DNA from: Patescibacteria group bacterium
Lineage (GTDB): Bacteria; Patescibacteriota; JAQUNI01
Reading direction: 5' to 3'
Assembly (NCBI GenBank): GCA_028717685.1
Contig: JAQUNI010000001.1
Span: 633,329 to 697,328, forward strand
Length of the DNA: 64,000 bases
In this document: positions 48,984 to 59,434 of the stretch, piece by piece
Layout: every line of letters starts with the position of its first letter
How positions within the stretch are numbered: position 1 is the first letter of the stretch
The notes under the pieces: generated by a model
Seen by the model: the letters and a program-made list of their open reading frames with translations, nothing else
What the model was told of the DNA's origin: nothing
Databases searched by the model: none
Program-made: the position numbers and the translations under genes

Positions 48984-49688
48984 CTAGAATTCTTTCACTG
49001 TGCCAAATAAAAAACTCTCCATTATTTTTTGCCAGATGCGCGGCAATACTTGGAGGGACAATGTTTCTGAATCTTGGTTCCAGTCAATTTTAGCTTGCTC
49101 CACGTTTTTTTTGTCCAAAATAATACCGTACACTTCACTCTCTTCAGTAATACTACCCGAGTAAGGAGAGATATTGGCCATATAAGCATGGAGGGTGACC
49201 GTAGCAATATGCTCATTGCTGGTATAAATCGTTTTTAAGATTTCGCCCATCTTGAGCAGAGTATTCCTTTTAGCAGTTTTAGTGTCTAAATAGTAGTCAG
49301 TGTTAAATTCCAAGCTGACGCCATAATTTTCCTCCTTGGTCATTTGGCGGACAACGAGCAGAGAGGAGATGCGCAGATAAGGCTGCCCTACATTATTATT
49401 GCCAGCCAAGACATTTTTGATTTTAGACTCAATGTCGTGGATTGTTGCCTCTTCTTGTGCTTTTTCTCTGGCCGAACGTTGCTCTAATTCTTCAGCCGTT
49501 TCGGCGATTTTTTCCTCCTGTCTGGAAACTGGTCCGTATTTTTCTTGAATCTTTTTGCGGTGGAGATATTTGGGAATGATCACGGCTAATATAATTATCA
49601 TCACGATAAAGATAATCACTCCTATGATAATAACCTTTTTATTTTGCATCAATTTTTGGAGCATAGATTTGTTTTTATTTTTTTGCAC
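48984..49688 (-). CDS. Hypothetical membrane-anchored protein
   Basis: N-terminal TM, long ORF. Confidence 0.7.
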   Translation of the reverse strand: MQKNKNKSMLQKLMQNKKVIIIGVIIFIVMIIILAVIIPKYLHRKKIQEKYGPVSRQEEKIAETAEELEQRSAREKAQEEATIHDIESKIKNVLAGNNNVGQPYLRISSLLVVRQMTKEENYGVSLEFNTDYYLDTKTAKRNTLLKMGEILKTIYTSNEHIATVTLHAYMANISPYSGSITEESEVYGIILDKKNVEQAKIDWNQDSETLSLQVLPRIWQKIMESFLFGTVKEF

Positions 49689-49776
49689 CTTTATTATAGT
49701 TTATTCCACCCAAGATAACAACGGAAGGGTTTACCCCTATTTTTATTGATGCTATAATATTTAATACTAATCAAAT

Positions 49777-50178
49777 ATGTTTAATGATATGCCTAAAATT
49801 ATCGTTGTTTCCGGACCGGTGATTGTGGAAGATGGCAAAGTCCTGTTAAATCAACACGGCGAGGATAATTTTTGGAAATTCTGCGGCGGCAGGGTAGAGG
49901 ATTATAATGCTGATTTAGTGGAAAACGCGCGGCGCGAGGCTAAAGAGGAAATGGGGATTGATATAGAAGTGATTAATGAAAATCCTTTTATTACTCATCT
50001 CCAAAAAGAAACAGCGGAAGGCAAGGTTGATGTTATTTTGGCGCATTTTTTAGTAAAAAGGATAGGCGAAGTGAAACCTGATGTTGAAATCAGGGAGTGG
50101 AATTGGTTTTCTGTAGATAACCTTCCTGAAAATACGGCGCCAAATGTGAAGCCAGCCTTGAAGCATTTTGGATTTTAA
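49777..50178 (+). CDS. NUDIX hydrolase
   Basis: GGRVE..ARREAKEEMG Nudix box. Confidence 0.9.
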   Translation: MFNDMPKIIVVSGPVIVEDGKVLLNQHGEDNFWKFCGGRVEDYNADLVENARREAKEEMGIDIEVINENPFITHLQKETAEGKVDVILAHFLVKRIGEVKPDVEIREWNWFSVDNLPENTAPNVKPALKHFGF

Positions 50179-50365
50179 GCCGTCTATTAGCGAGCGAACT
50201 TCAATATCCTTTATTTTACAAAAATGAGAGATGAGTGGGGGAACGAAGCAATTTTATTGATGACTATGTTCAAAGTCATTCCAATAATTTTTTAAAGCTC
50301 AATGAATATTGAGTTTTATGAAATTGCTTCGTTGTCCGCCTGGGGCGGACTCCTCGCAATAACAA

Positions 50366-50815
50366 ATGGATAATACTAAAAAACCCGGAGTGGGCGTAGG
50401 AGTAATGCTTTTGAAAGAGGGTAAGGTCTTGCTCGGCAAACGGCATTTTGATGCGGCGCGAGCGGACAGCGAGCTCCACGGCGAAGGCACTTGGACTATG
50501 CCCGGCGGCAAATTGCATTTTCACGAAGAATTAGAGGGCGCGGCGTATCGCGAGGTTTTGGAGGAAACAGGGGTGACCATTAATCAAAAAAAACTAAAGA
50601 TGTTTAGTGTCACCAATGATATTGTGAAAGATGCGCATTTTGTGACCATTGGTTTTTTATGCGAAGATTTTCAAGGCGAACCAAAGGTAATGGAACCCGA
50701 TGAAATTACAGAATGGCGCTGGTTTGCTTTAGACAAGCTCCCTCGCCCCATTTTCTTCCCGAGTAGAAAGATTTTAAATCAATACCAAAATTTTATAGAC
50801 TTGAATCACAAGTAA
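50366..50815 (+). CDS. NUDIX hydrolase (MutT/NUDT15-like)
   Basis: PGVGVG, PGG..REVLEETG, EP..I.EW.WF. Confidence 0.92.
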   Translation: MDNTKKPGVGVGVMLLKEGKVLLGKRHFDAARADSELHGEGTWTMPGGKLHFHEELEGAAYREVLEETGVTINQKKLKMFSVTNDIVKDAHFVTIGFLCEDFQGEPKVMEPDEITEWRWFALDKLPRPIFFPSRKILNQYQNFIDLNHK

Positions 50816-50884
50816 GTAATTTCGGTGATTTCTAAACTATCAAATCTTTCGTTTTAATTTAGGTTTGGCAGTTTAAAAAATGGT

Positions 50885-51913
50885 ATGCGGTTTGTTAAAT
50901 ATTTTTTAGTAATGATCTTTATTCTGATTGCGGTTTTTGTGATTTATCCGAAATTAAAGATTTCTTTTCATGAGATCCCTTTGTTATTTCAAGAGGCAAA
51001 TAAGTTTTTGATTCTACTTCTTTTAGGGCTTCAGGTCGTTGTTTATTTAGGGGATGGTTGGCTCTCTAAATTACTTTTAGGAATAGCGGGTTTTCCCTTA
51101 AGCATCAGAGATACTTTGAAGGTGGCAATTTTAGGCAATTTAGGCAACCAAACAATACCTGTTACGGGGGGGCCGGCTGCGACTTACTATTTTTATCGTA
51201 AACTCAAGGTCCCTCCTGAAGGGATTTTTTTCTTGGTTTGGACTTGGTTCATTTCTGTCTGGGGCGTAAATCTTTTTTTCTTTCTTGTGGCGCTTTTTTT
51301 TCTGCCGGGCTCAATCTTGGGCTTAATTCAGCAAAAATTTTTCTTTGTTTTTTTGGTTCTTTTTGCGACACTTTTATTTATGAGTTATTTTTTATTGAGA
51401 AACCAGGGAAAGAGCCTCTTTTTTATTCTCCGTCCGTTGCTTGCGTTCGCGAATAAAATCGGTAGGCATTTTCACAATAAAAATTTCATCACGCCAAAAC
51501 GGTTAAAAAGATTTGTGGCTGGAATGAGCGGAGGTTTACGCTTTTTGTGGTCTAATAAAAGCAAACTTCCTAAGATTATCCTCGCTTCCTCTATATTTTA
51601 TCTAGGGACGATTGCCACCCTTTATTCTGCTTTTTTAGTTTTTGGTTTTAGACCCAATCCTTTCTATGTGATTTTTGGCTTTACGGTTTCTTCTATTTTA
51701 GCTCTTTTAACCTTTATGCCCGAGGCGCCAGGCGTTATAGAGGCTTCTCTTAGCGGGGTGTTTGTGGGTTTAGGTTTTCCCGCTCACATTGCTTTATTTG
51801 CGGCGATTTTATTTCGTTTTTTTTCTTACTGGATTTTTTTCCCTTTGGGACTCCATCTTTTTTTGACTTTGAGAAGAAAAAATAAACAAACTAACGATGT
51901 CAGAGAGCCTTAA
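50885..51913 (+). CDS. Flippase-like lysylphosphatidylglycerol synthase TM family protein (UPF0104)
   Basis: Multi-TM; NQTIP..GG, P..PGVIE, FRFFSYW. Confidence 0.82.
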   Translation: MRFVKYFLVMIFILIAVFVIYPKLKISFHEIPLLFQEANKFLILLLLGLQVVVYLGDGWLSKLLLGIAGFPLSIRDTLKVAILGNLGNQTIPVTGGPAATYYFYRKLKVPPEGIFFLVWTWFISVWGVNLFFFLVALFFLPGSILGLIQQKFFFVFLVLFATLLFMSYFLLRNQGKSLFFILRPLLAFANKIGRHFHNKNFITPKRLKRFVAGMSGGLRFLWSNKSKLPKIILASSIFYLGTIATLYSAFLVFGFRPNPFYVIFGFTVSSILALLTFMPEAPGVIEASLSGVFVGLGFPAHIALFAAILFRFFSYWIFFPLGLHLFLTLRRKNKQTNDVREP

Positions 51914-53318
51914 AGAAAAACTAGCCCTGGTCCTGATCGCATATTGGGCGACTATCTTGGCGGCGCGCAGTTTTATTTTTTATTACGGGAACAAAAATCT
52001 AGCCGCACCTTTGATTATGATTGGCGGATTTCATATTTACCACTTTATTATTGGTCTTTTTTTGATTTTAATTTTTGGTGGCTTATTTTATCTATTGGGT
52101 TTGCAAAGAAATTTTTTTTCCCTTACTTTTTTGGGCATAGGACTTGGGCTTTTGTTTGATGAATTGTCTTTTTTATTTAGTTTGCGGTTCAACGACTATT
52201 GGGGGGTGCGCAATTTTCTGGCTATTGCGATTTTGGGACTCCCTTTGTCTTTATTTGTGTTTTGGCCAAAGAGGAAGCGGACAGAAGAGACTCCTGTTTC
52301 TAAAAGAATGTTTAATCGCAAGTCGGGCAGGCATTTTATTTCCGTAGTGATTCCAGCATTTAATGAGGAGAAATTTTTAGCAAGGAGCCTTCAAAGCCTT
52401 GCACGCCAAAGTTATCAAGATTTTGAACTTATTGTAGTAGATAACAATTCACAAGATAAAACGCGGGAGATTGCCGAAAGTTTCGGCACCAAAGTTATTT
52501 TTGAACCAAAAAGGGGGGTAGAGTGTGCGCGGCAGGCAGGGTTTCAGGCTGCCCAAGGGAAAATTATCGCGACTACTGACGCAGATACAGTTTTACCGCG
52601 AGATTGGCTGGAGCGCATTGTGCTGGAATTTAAAAAAGATAAGAATTTAGTTGCCTTTGGTGGTCTTTATATCCTTGATTCAGGGACATTTCCAGCTAAG
52701 TTAGGTGTATATTATTTTCTTTACCCAATCTGGATTTGGGACCGGTTAATCTCTGGTGGTTGGAGTTTGGCTGGAGCTAATTTGGCGGTGTGCAAAAGAG
52801 CTTTCTTAAAGGTTGGCGGTTTTACGCCAGAGATCAAACTGGGTGAAGATATCAATCTTGCTCGGAAACTCAAGGCCGTTGGCAGGGTGAAGCTGGACCC
52901 TCATTTTCGAGTACGCACCTCGGGACGGCGTTTTAAGGATGGTCTTTTAAGGGCGCTTTTTACTTATGCGCCCAATCGTATCGCGAGCACAGTTTTTGCC
53001 CGAGAAAAATTTCATCACCATTTTCCCACTATTCGCACGGAAACATCGTTGTTTCAGAGATCATTTTTGCTTCCCCTTTTGTTCGCTACTCTCTTTCTTT
53101 TCTTTTTATTTTATTTTTCGAACCCCTTAATTTCCGAAGCCAAGGGCGTGAAGCTCATCAAACGAGGCGTTGCTTCTCCTGTGCGAGAGGTAAAGAAAAA
53201 TAGCAAAGAGATGAAGAATTTTTTCGTGAAAGCCGAAAAGGGCATCAAGAGCGGGAAAAGATTGCAACACTATAAAATATGGAAATTTCCAAAATTACAT
53301 CACCTCAAGTTTTCTTGA
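51897..53318 (+). CDS. GT2 glycosyltransferase with an N-terminal membrane domain
   Basis: SVVIPAFNEE, VDNNS, TDAD, GED, TSGRR. Confidence 0.9.
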   Translation: MSESLKEKLALVLIAYWATILAARSFIFYYGNKNLAAPLIMIGGFHIYHFIIGLFLILIFGGLFYLLGLQRNFFSLTFLGIGLGLLFDELSFLFSLRFNDYWGVRNFLAIAILGLPLSLFVFWPKRKRTEETPVSKRMFNRKSGRHFISVVIPAFNEEKFLARSLQSLARQSYQDFELIVVDNNSQDKTREIAESFGTKVIFEPKRGVECARQAGFQAAQGKIIATTDADTVLPRDWLERIVLEFKKDKNLVAFGGLYILDSGTFPAKLGVYYFLYPIWIWDRLISGGWSLAGANLAVCKRAFLKVGGFTPEIKLGEDINLARKLKAVGRVKLDPHFRVRTSGRRFKDGLLRALFTYAPNRIASTVFAREKFHHHFPTIRTETSLFQRSFLLPLLFATLFLFFLFYFSNPLISEAKGVKLIKRGVASPVREVKKNSKEMKNFFVKAEKGIKSGKRLQHYKIWKFPKLHHLKFS

Positions 53319-53869
53319 CCTTTGATGACGGACCGAGCGCGCCTTTCACCAATGAGATTTTAGATATTTTAGCAGGGTTTCAAGTGCTGGCTTCTTTTTT
53401 TGTTTGCGGCAAAAATGTAGAGCGGCATCCCGAAATTGCCAAAAGGATTGCGGCGGGCGGGCATACGCTTGGCAATCATAGTTATTCCCATTCTCGTTTT
53501 TTATCTTTGACTGGCTGTTTATCTTCCGAAATAGAAAAAACCCAATCCATTATCCAAGAAGTTACGGGAGTGAGGGTAAAATTTTTTCGGCCTCCTTGGG
53601 GGTATGTTCGTCCTTGGCTTGCAAGTTATCTCAAAAAGCAAGGTTACCAATTAGCGCTTTGGGATATAAAAGTTTATGATTGGCAAAAGCCGGCTGCCGC
53701 CATTATTGCTAAGCGAGTTTTACAAAAAGTGAAACCGAACGCTGTTATTCTTCTGCATGATGGCGATAGAACCCGCCTTTCCTGTGACCGTTCCCAGACC
53801 GTTCTTGCCCTTCCTATGATTATTCAGAACTTAAAAGAAAAAGGTTATACATTCGGTAAAATTGTTTAG
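53279..53869 (+). CDS. Polysaccharide deacetylase (NodB/CE4)
   Basis: LTFDDGP, NHSYSH, FRPPWG, ILLHDG. Confidence 0.95.
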   Translation: MEISKITSPQVFLTFDDGPSAPFTNEILDILAGFQVLASFFVCGKNVERHPEIAKRIAAGGHTLGNHSYSHSRFLSLTGCLSSEIEKTQSIIQEVTGVRVKFFRPPWGYVRPWLASYLKKQGYQLALWDIKVYDWQKPAAAIIAKRVLQKVKPNAVILLHDGDRTRLSCDRSQTVLALPMIIQNLKEKGYTFGKIV

Positions 53870-53896
53870 CACTCATTTTTAAGATTCTGTTACAAT

Positions 53897-53931
53897 AAAA
53901 ACGCCCTTGGTTAATTCTAAGGGTGTTTTTT
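53897..53931. terminator. Bidirectional terminator
   Basis: AAAAACGCCCTTGG-loop-CTAAGGGTGTTTTTT. Confidence 0.7.
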
Positions 53932-53967
53932 ACCCCGTTAGAGAACAAAGTTTTCTAATGGGGTTTA
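53929..53967. repeat. CCCCGTTAGA palindromic element
   Basis: TTTACCCCGTTAGAGAAC-AAA-GTTTTCTAATGGGGTTTA. Confidence 0.8.
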
Positions 53968-53990
53968 TCTGATAATTTTTTAATCCAGAT

Positions 53991-54530
53991 TTATGGGTTG
54001 GGCGGATGATGAAAGCGGGCAACTAAATCCATAATTACCTTTTTGATTTTTTGCGGATGGGGGAGGGCATTAAAATAAAATTTATCCTGCTCCGCGCCAG
54101 CGGATTCAATCTCAATATCGCCATAGTCTAAAAATGCGGCAAGGATGCCAAACATTTTAATGGAAATGTCCTGAATGTTATATAATTTTAATTCATTCAA
54201 ATTATATTTAAAAAATCCTTTTTGTTCATTTTCCATAACCCTCTTGTTGGTTATAATCACCGTGTTTAGGGTATAAATCATAATATTGTAAAAAGCGATC
54301 ATCCATAAAATAAAAAGATAAACCGCCGCTAAAAACCAATAGACAGAGGAGAAGATTTCATACCAGCCGCTTGCTGCGATTAAAAAATAAATCCAGAAAG
54401 GAATTAAAGCAAAGAGGGCAAGGACGAAAAGAGGTCCGAATAATCTAATCCAGTGCCGGCGAGTGAGCAAAATAACTGTTTCATCTGGCTGGCGGCCGCG
54501 GAAATTATTTGTGGAAGAAAAGATAGGCAT
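53991..54530 (-). CDS. Bacterial PH domain membrane protein
   Basis: RRHW, ITNKRV, IQDI, YGDIEIESAG. Confidence 0.85.
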   Translation of the reverse strand: MPIFSSTNNFRGRQPDETVILLTRRHWIRLFGPLFVLALFALIPFWIYFLIAASGWYEIFSSVYWFLAAVYLFILWMIAFYNIMIYTLNTVIITNKRVMENEQKGFFKYNLNELKLYNIQDISIKMFGILAAFLDYGDIEIESAGAEQDKFYFNALPHPQKIKKVIMDLVARFHHPPNP

Positions 54531-54539
54531 AAAATTAAG

Positions 54540-54567
54540 TCAAAACTCAAATCTCAAAAGTCAAAAC
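54540..54567. repeat. Heptamer tract (TCAAAAC x4)
   Basis: TCAAAAC TCAAATC TCAAAAG TCAAAAC. Confidence 0.7.
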
Positions 54568-54804
54568 TTAGAAGATATTTTGGGAAATTTCGTCCCAGTT
54601 GATTTGGCGATAAAGGATAAGAATAATGGCGAAAAAGAAAAAAGAACCCAAGAAGAAACACAGGGCTAAAATCTTAGGTTTACCCCCCACGCCAAACCGA
54701 ATGAAATGATAGATAACGCAAAAGGCGTACCAAAAATAGATGGCAAGGAATATCAAGAAAACAATTAAGGGAAGATTGAAGCCATTTTCAAGAATAGAAC
54801 CCAT
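54568..54804 (-). CDS. Small membrane protein
   Basis: Two TM helices, IYHFIRFGVG. Confidence 0.7.
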   Translation of the reverse strand: MGSILENGFNLPLIVFLIFLAIYFWYAFCVIYHFIRFGVGGKPKILALCFFLGSFFFFAIILILYRQINWDEISQNIF

Positions 54805-54926
54805 ATTTTATGTTAAGTATAATTAAATCTATTTTAGCAGGAATCAGATAAATTGGCAAAGAGTTTTCCCGCGTTTCTAATTATGTTAGAATAGAATCAA
54901 TTAAAAAATAAAATAATATTCGTTTT

Positions 54927-55469
54927 ATGCCACTCAAAAAGTTTGGAAACAAAAAAATAAGGGTGCGCAAGTTAAATAAAAGGGATTTAGAACAGCCAAA
55001 GAAATTTCAGGATTTTATTAATTCTTTAGTGAAAGAAGACGTAATGATTTTGATGAATAGCAAAAAGACGCAAAAAGAAGAAAAGGATTGGGTTAAAGAA
55101 CAGTTAGATAAAATCGCCAGAAAGAAAAAGATTTCTTTAGTAGCTGAATGCGAAGGGCGGATTGTGGGAGGCGCGAATCTAGAATTATGGAGAGAGCGCA
55201 AAAACCATATCGCGGAATTCGGGATTACGATTCGGGATGGCTATCGCGGGATTGGTTTAGGGCAGTACTTAATGGCTAAAATTATTCAGTATGCTAGGTG
55301 CGACTTGCAACCTTGTCCAAAGATCATCCGTTTAAGTGTTTATGAAGGAAACGATCCGGCAATAGGGTTGTATAAAAAAATGGGTTTTCGGGAAGCCGCG
55401 CGCATCCCGAAACAAATCCAATTTCAAGGAAAACTTATTGATGAAATTGTGATGCTTTTGGAATTGTAA
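54927..55469 (+). CDS. GNAT N-acetyltransferase
   Basis: YRGIGLG, N.PAIGLYKKMGF. Confidence 0.92.
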   Translation: MPLKKFGNKKIRVRKLNKRDLEQPKKFQDFINSLVKEDVMILMNSKKTQKEEKDWVKEQLDKIARKKKISLVAECEGRIVGGANLELWRERKNHIAEFGITIRDGYRGIGLGQYLMAKIIQYARCDLQPCPKIIRLSVYEGNDPAIGLYKKMGFREAARIPKQIQFQGKLIDEIVMLLEL

Positions 55470-55678
55470 ATATCCATAGGTTAAAAGTCCGCTCCGTTGA
55501 AGTAGTCTTCGGTGGAGTAGGCTAAGCCCGTGAGGCTTCATTTACAAGCTGCGGAGGAAAAGACCGTAGCCTTGTTTTTTTATTGAAGATTTGCTAAGCT
55601 ACCTTGTTTTACAGATTAAGTATAAAATCAGTTATTGGTAGAAATATAGATTGATGGCTTTTTCAACAAAGGAGATGA

Positions 55679-57922
55679 GTGATGGAAGAAGTTAATGTAT
55701 TTATTCCCGGGAAGATTGTGCGGTTGTCGGTAGAAGATATAGAAGGTAATCAAAGCGAGGAACGCTTTAAGGTTCAAAGGAGACTCGGCACGGGTTACGC
55801 TGGCGAAGTCTATCTCTTGACCCATCAGGATTCAAAAGAGAAGGTGGTCTTGAAAATTCTGCGTTCGGGCAATTTTTTAAAGAGAATTATCGCGCTCTTG
55901 GCGCGGCTATTCGCCACTTCTGATTTTGCTTGGTGTGAGGCGGAGGTAAAGATGGCGGTTTTGCACCGTACGCTTTTACCCCTTGCAGTTAAAAAGAGGA
56001 TAGGAAGAGATTATCTCATCCCTTCTTGGCGCCGCAGTTATACTCGGATTCCAGAAAAGAAGGCGTGGGGAATTTTTTTAGAGTATGATGATCTCCGTTC
56101 TGCCTATCACGGGACATTGTCCGGAGTAGATGATCTAGAGGTTAAAGAGCGGGCGAGGACAGCCCATATTTTGATTGATTATTTCAAGGGGATTGGCGCC
56201 CTTGCCTTTGCTTGGCAGTTTAATCATTTTAAGCGCGAGCCGAGAGGCAAATGGTATGTTTGGTGCACTTTGTTTTGCGCCTTAGCCGTTCTTCTTCTCA
56301 CCATCTTTCTAAATCTTCCTTATGACCCGAAAGTGAATATGCTGGGGGTTTTGTGCCTCTTTTTCGGTCTCGCGGGCGCCTCTTGGTTATCCGCAGATAA
56401 TCTGAAGAAAAGTGAAAAGCACGGATTTTTCCGCGGTCCGGATTTAGAGCTTGGAATGCCGCACATTGGATTCTGTCTGCCTGTAGGGTTTCTGGTTGTG
56501 TCAGCTCTCTTCCTGATGCATAAATTTTGGGGACTTTCTCCCTCTTGGGCGATTTTTTTAGCCTTACTCTTTTCTCCGGGCTATCTTTTCTTGTTCGAGT
56601 TGCCCTTGTTTTGGGAGAATATCAAGAAGGGTTACCCTATTCCTTTCGGACAATTAGAGATAGAGGAATTTGCTTATGCTTTTGGGGGTGATCCGGAATT
56701 AAAAGAAGATATTGAGCAATATCGCTCTCTGCTTTATCAGTTTGAGTCGGGAAGGCTTAATCCGATTAATCGTTTGTTCGCTTTGTTGGTTTTAAGGCGG
56801 CTTTTGCCTTTTTCCGGGCGGGAATGGCGGCGGCGCACTATTGAACGTTGGGGACTAAAGGGAAAAAACACTTCAGGGCAAGCGCAGAAGATGTGGGAAA
56901 GTTTTGCTTATTATTTTTTCTTTCTGGCGGTAAGTTTGTTTGGTATAATCCCTTGGCGTTTTATGCTGGACCGTGCTTTTCGCCAGAGGCAAATCGTTTA
57001 TTGGAAGATGAGGCGGCTGGAAAAGATGTTGCAAAAAGGACAGATAAGCCGTCGGACAGCGAGAGAATTAGCTCTAGATAGAGTAAGCTTATTTTCTTTT
57101 TTCCTAAGCTCCGTTTTAATTCGGAAGTTTTATCGCCTTGCTTTTGAGCGGCATTATCGGAGGCTTTTTCTGCGCAATACTTTCAAGATTTTCTGGAACA
57201 GAGAGTTTCTGAAAAGGCGGGCGGTCGCTCGTTTTCAGCGCTATCTGACGAATCAAAGGCGCGATGGCCGCATCACAGACCAATATTATTACAGGATAAA
57301 GCGTTTGCAAGAAGTAACCGCTATTCACTGGTGGTTAATCCTGTATTTTAGCTTGCTTGCCCCTAAGTCAATCACCTGGTCTGTGCGCATCGCGGCAATT
57401 TCAGGGTTTTTGATGGCTCGGAAGTTATTAGACATAATGCCGGGATTGCCTAACTGGCTTGCCGAGATCATCAGGTATGATATTGTTCCGCACGTGCCGG
57501 GCTGGCTTGCCGTCATTCTTTTAGCGATGGGGATTACAGCCTTATATGAGATTGTGGCCACACTAATCTTCGGAGCGTTTTTTCTCCTGCGGCTTATTCC
57601 GCGGCTGAAGATGGAGAGGTTTCTAGCGGGTCGAGTTATCGTGGCTTTGTTGAATTTTTTCCTGTATGTTATTTTCGCTTGCCTAAACGGCATTCCCGGG
57701 TTTTCTATCGTGGGAGTGCCGTTGGCTGTGTCTTCAACCCCTTACCGCTCTCCCTTTTGGCTGTTGACGATAATCCGTTGGCAGTCATTGTTCTTGGGAT
57801 TTATCCGTCTCATATCCCTTGGGATGTGGGATAAAGGAGGACTGGGGGAATTCTATTTTGCCGAGCTTGGCGTTAACAGCCAAGCCCGTATTATCCTTAA
57901 ACTTTGTGCCCTGCCTGCTTGA
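55679..57922 (+). CDS. Atypical protein-kinase-like membrane protein
   Basis: LGTGYAGEVY glycine loop, VVLKI, ADN, DLE; multiple TM segments. Confidence 0.6.
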   Translation: MMEEVNVFIPGKIVRLSVEDIEGNQSEERFKVQRRLGTGYAGEVYLLTHQDSKEKVVLKILRSGNFLKRIIALLARLFATSDFAWCEAEVKMAVLHRTLLPLAVKKRIGRDYLIPSWRRSYTRIPEKKAWGIFLEYDDLRSAYHGTLSGVDDLEVKERARTAHILIDYFKGIGALAFAWQFNHFKREPRGKWYVWCTLFCALAVLLLTIFLNLPYDPKVNMLGVLCLFFGLAGASWLSADNLKKSEKHGFFRGPDLELGMPHIGFCLPVGFLVVSALFLMHKFWGLSPSWAIFLALLFSPGYLFLFELPLFWENIKKGYPIPFGQLEIEEFAYAFGGDPELKEDIEQYRSLLYQFESGRLNPINRLFALLVLRRLLPFSGREWRRRTIERWGLKGKNTSGQAQKMWESFAYYFFFLAVSLFGIIPWRFMLDRAFRQRQIVYWKMRRLEKMLQKGQISRRTARELALDRVSLFSFFLSSVLIRKFYRLAFERHYRRLFLRNTFKIFWNREFLKRRAVARFQRYLTNQRRDGRITDQYYYRIKRLQEVTAIHWWLILYFSLLAPKSITWSVRIAAISGFLMARKLLDIMPGLPNWLAEIIRYDIVPHVPGWLAVILLAMGITALYEIVATLIFGAFFLLRLIPRLKMERFLAGRVIVALLNFFLYVIFACLNGIPGFSIVGVPLAVSSTPYRSPFWLLTIIRWQSLFLGFIRLISLGMWDKGGLGEFYFAELGVNSQARIILKLCALPA

Positions 57923-58010
57923 AAAACAGCGCAGGGTTTTTTTATTTTGTATTTTGAATTACGAAATATATTTTGTCATTGTGGGCGATTTTTTCTCCTC
58001 TTGACCTGCG

Positions 58011-58126
58011 GGAGGTGGGGAGGGGTCTAATTTATAGATAGATGACTATTCTCCCACCCCCTCCCCGCCCGCCTCGCCTGAAGCGAAGCGATGGCGGGCA
58101 GGCATCTCCCCCTCGGGCAGGGGGAG
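58011..58126. repeat. Composite GC-rich palindromic element
   Basis: GGAGGTGGGGAGGGG..CCCACCCCCTCCCC with nested CCCGCCTCGC..GCGATGGCGGG and CTCCCCCT..AGGGGGAG. Confidence 0.65.
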
Positions 58127-58169
58127 TGGATACATTTCGTAATTCAAGCTTTTGTAATATAATGGGGTT

Positions 58170-58847
58170 ATGATAAACAATAGAATTTCCCGAGCCGTCA
58201 TTCAAAAAATAGAAAAAGAAGCTAAAGCATATTTTCGCGGCGCGAGCGGCTGCCACGACTGGAGTCATGTGGAAAGGGTCTTAAAGCTTGCGCTTCATTT
58301 GGGTCGCAGAGAAAAAGCGGATTTAGGCATTTTAGAGGTCGCGGCTTTATTGCATGATATCGGACGGCGCGAAGAAATGAAGGCGAAAGGCGCTTTCTGC
58401 CATGCTGAAGCTGGGTCTGCCTTGGCGCAAAAAATTCTAGGGAAGTATAAATTTAATAAAGACACGGTGAGGAATATTATTCATTGCATCAGGACTCACC
58501 GTTTTCGCGACCGCCGGAATGTTCCGAAAACCATTGAAGCTAAAGCGCTGTTTGACGCAGATAAACTGGATTCGATCGGCGCGGTGGGTTTGGGACGCGC
58601 CTTTCTCTTCGCGGGTGGTCCGGGTTCGGGCAATCTTTATACGGGCAATGAGAGACATTTAGCGAAAACAGGACGCGACTACTCTTTTACCAAAGAGGAC
58701 TCTGCTTTTCTGGAATACGAAATTAAACTGAAAAAAATTAAAGATGTAATGCTTACTGCAAGCGGCAGGAGGATTGCCCTTGGCCGGCATCGTTTTATGG
58801 TTAATTTTTGGCAGCAGTTTTGGCAGGAGGTAGAGGGGAGAAAATAA
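58170..58847 (+). CDS. HD domain protein (YedJ-like)
   Basis: HDWSHVERV, LLHDIG, FDADKLDSIGA. Confidence 0.92.
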   Translation: MINNRISRAVIQKIEKEAKAYFRGASGCHDWSHVERVLKLALHLGRREKADLGILEVAALLHDIGRREEMKAKGAFCHAEAGSALAQKILGKYKFNKDTVRNIIHCIRTHRFRDRRNVPKTIEAKALFDADKLDSIGAVGLGRAFLFAGGPGSGNLYTGNERHLAKTGRDYSFTKEDSAFLEYEIKLKKIKDVMLTASGRRIALGRHRFMVNFWQQFWQEVEGRK

Positions 58848-58861
58848 TTTTATAAAAATTT

Positions 58862-59422
58862 ATGCACAAATGGAAATGTCAAAAATCAGAACTCATTTTG
58901 GATACGAAATATTTTAAAGTGCGCAGGGATACTGTCAAATTACCGAATCAAGAAATAGTAGAATGGATTTATTGGGACAGCAAAGATTCGGCAATGGTTT
59001 TAGGTATGACTTTTGATAAAAAGCTGGTAATGATTCAGCAGTACCGTTATTTAGCGGACAGAGAGGTATTGGAATTTCCCTCCGGCGGCTTGCATAACAA
59101 TGAGAATATTGAGGAATGCGCGCGGCGGGAATTTGAAGAAGAAAGCGGGTATAGGTGCGGTCAACTAATTAAACTTGGTTCATTTTATGAAACCTATGGC
59201 CAGCTCAATCGCAAAATCCATTTCTTTTTCGCGCCGCAAGTGCAAAAAACCAAACAGAATCTGGATCAAGGCGAAAAAGGTTTTGAAGATATCAAGGTAG
59301 AGCTCGTGGAGTTTAAGGACGCGGTGCGGATGGCATCCGACAATACTATTGTCGCTATGGGCTCGGCTTTGGCAATTTTGTTGCTAAAGGAGAAGATAGA
59401 AAATAAGGAGATTAAAATTTGA
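58862..59422 (+). CDS. NUDIX hydrolase (ADP-ribose pyrophosphatase-like)
   Basis: QYRY..LEFPSGG..ARREFEEESG. Confidence 0.9.
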   Translation: MHKWKCQKSELILDTKYFKVRRDTVKLPNQEIVEWIYWDSKDSAMVLGMTFDKKLVMIQQYRYLADREVLEFPSGGLHNNENIEECARREFEEESGYRCGQLIKLGSFYETYGQLNRKIHFFFAPQVQKTKQNLDQGEKGFEDIKVELVEFKDAVRMASDNTIVAMGSALAILLLKEKIENKEIKI

Positions 59423-59434
59423 AACTATTCATTT

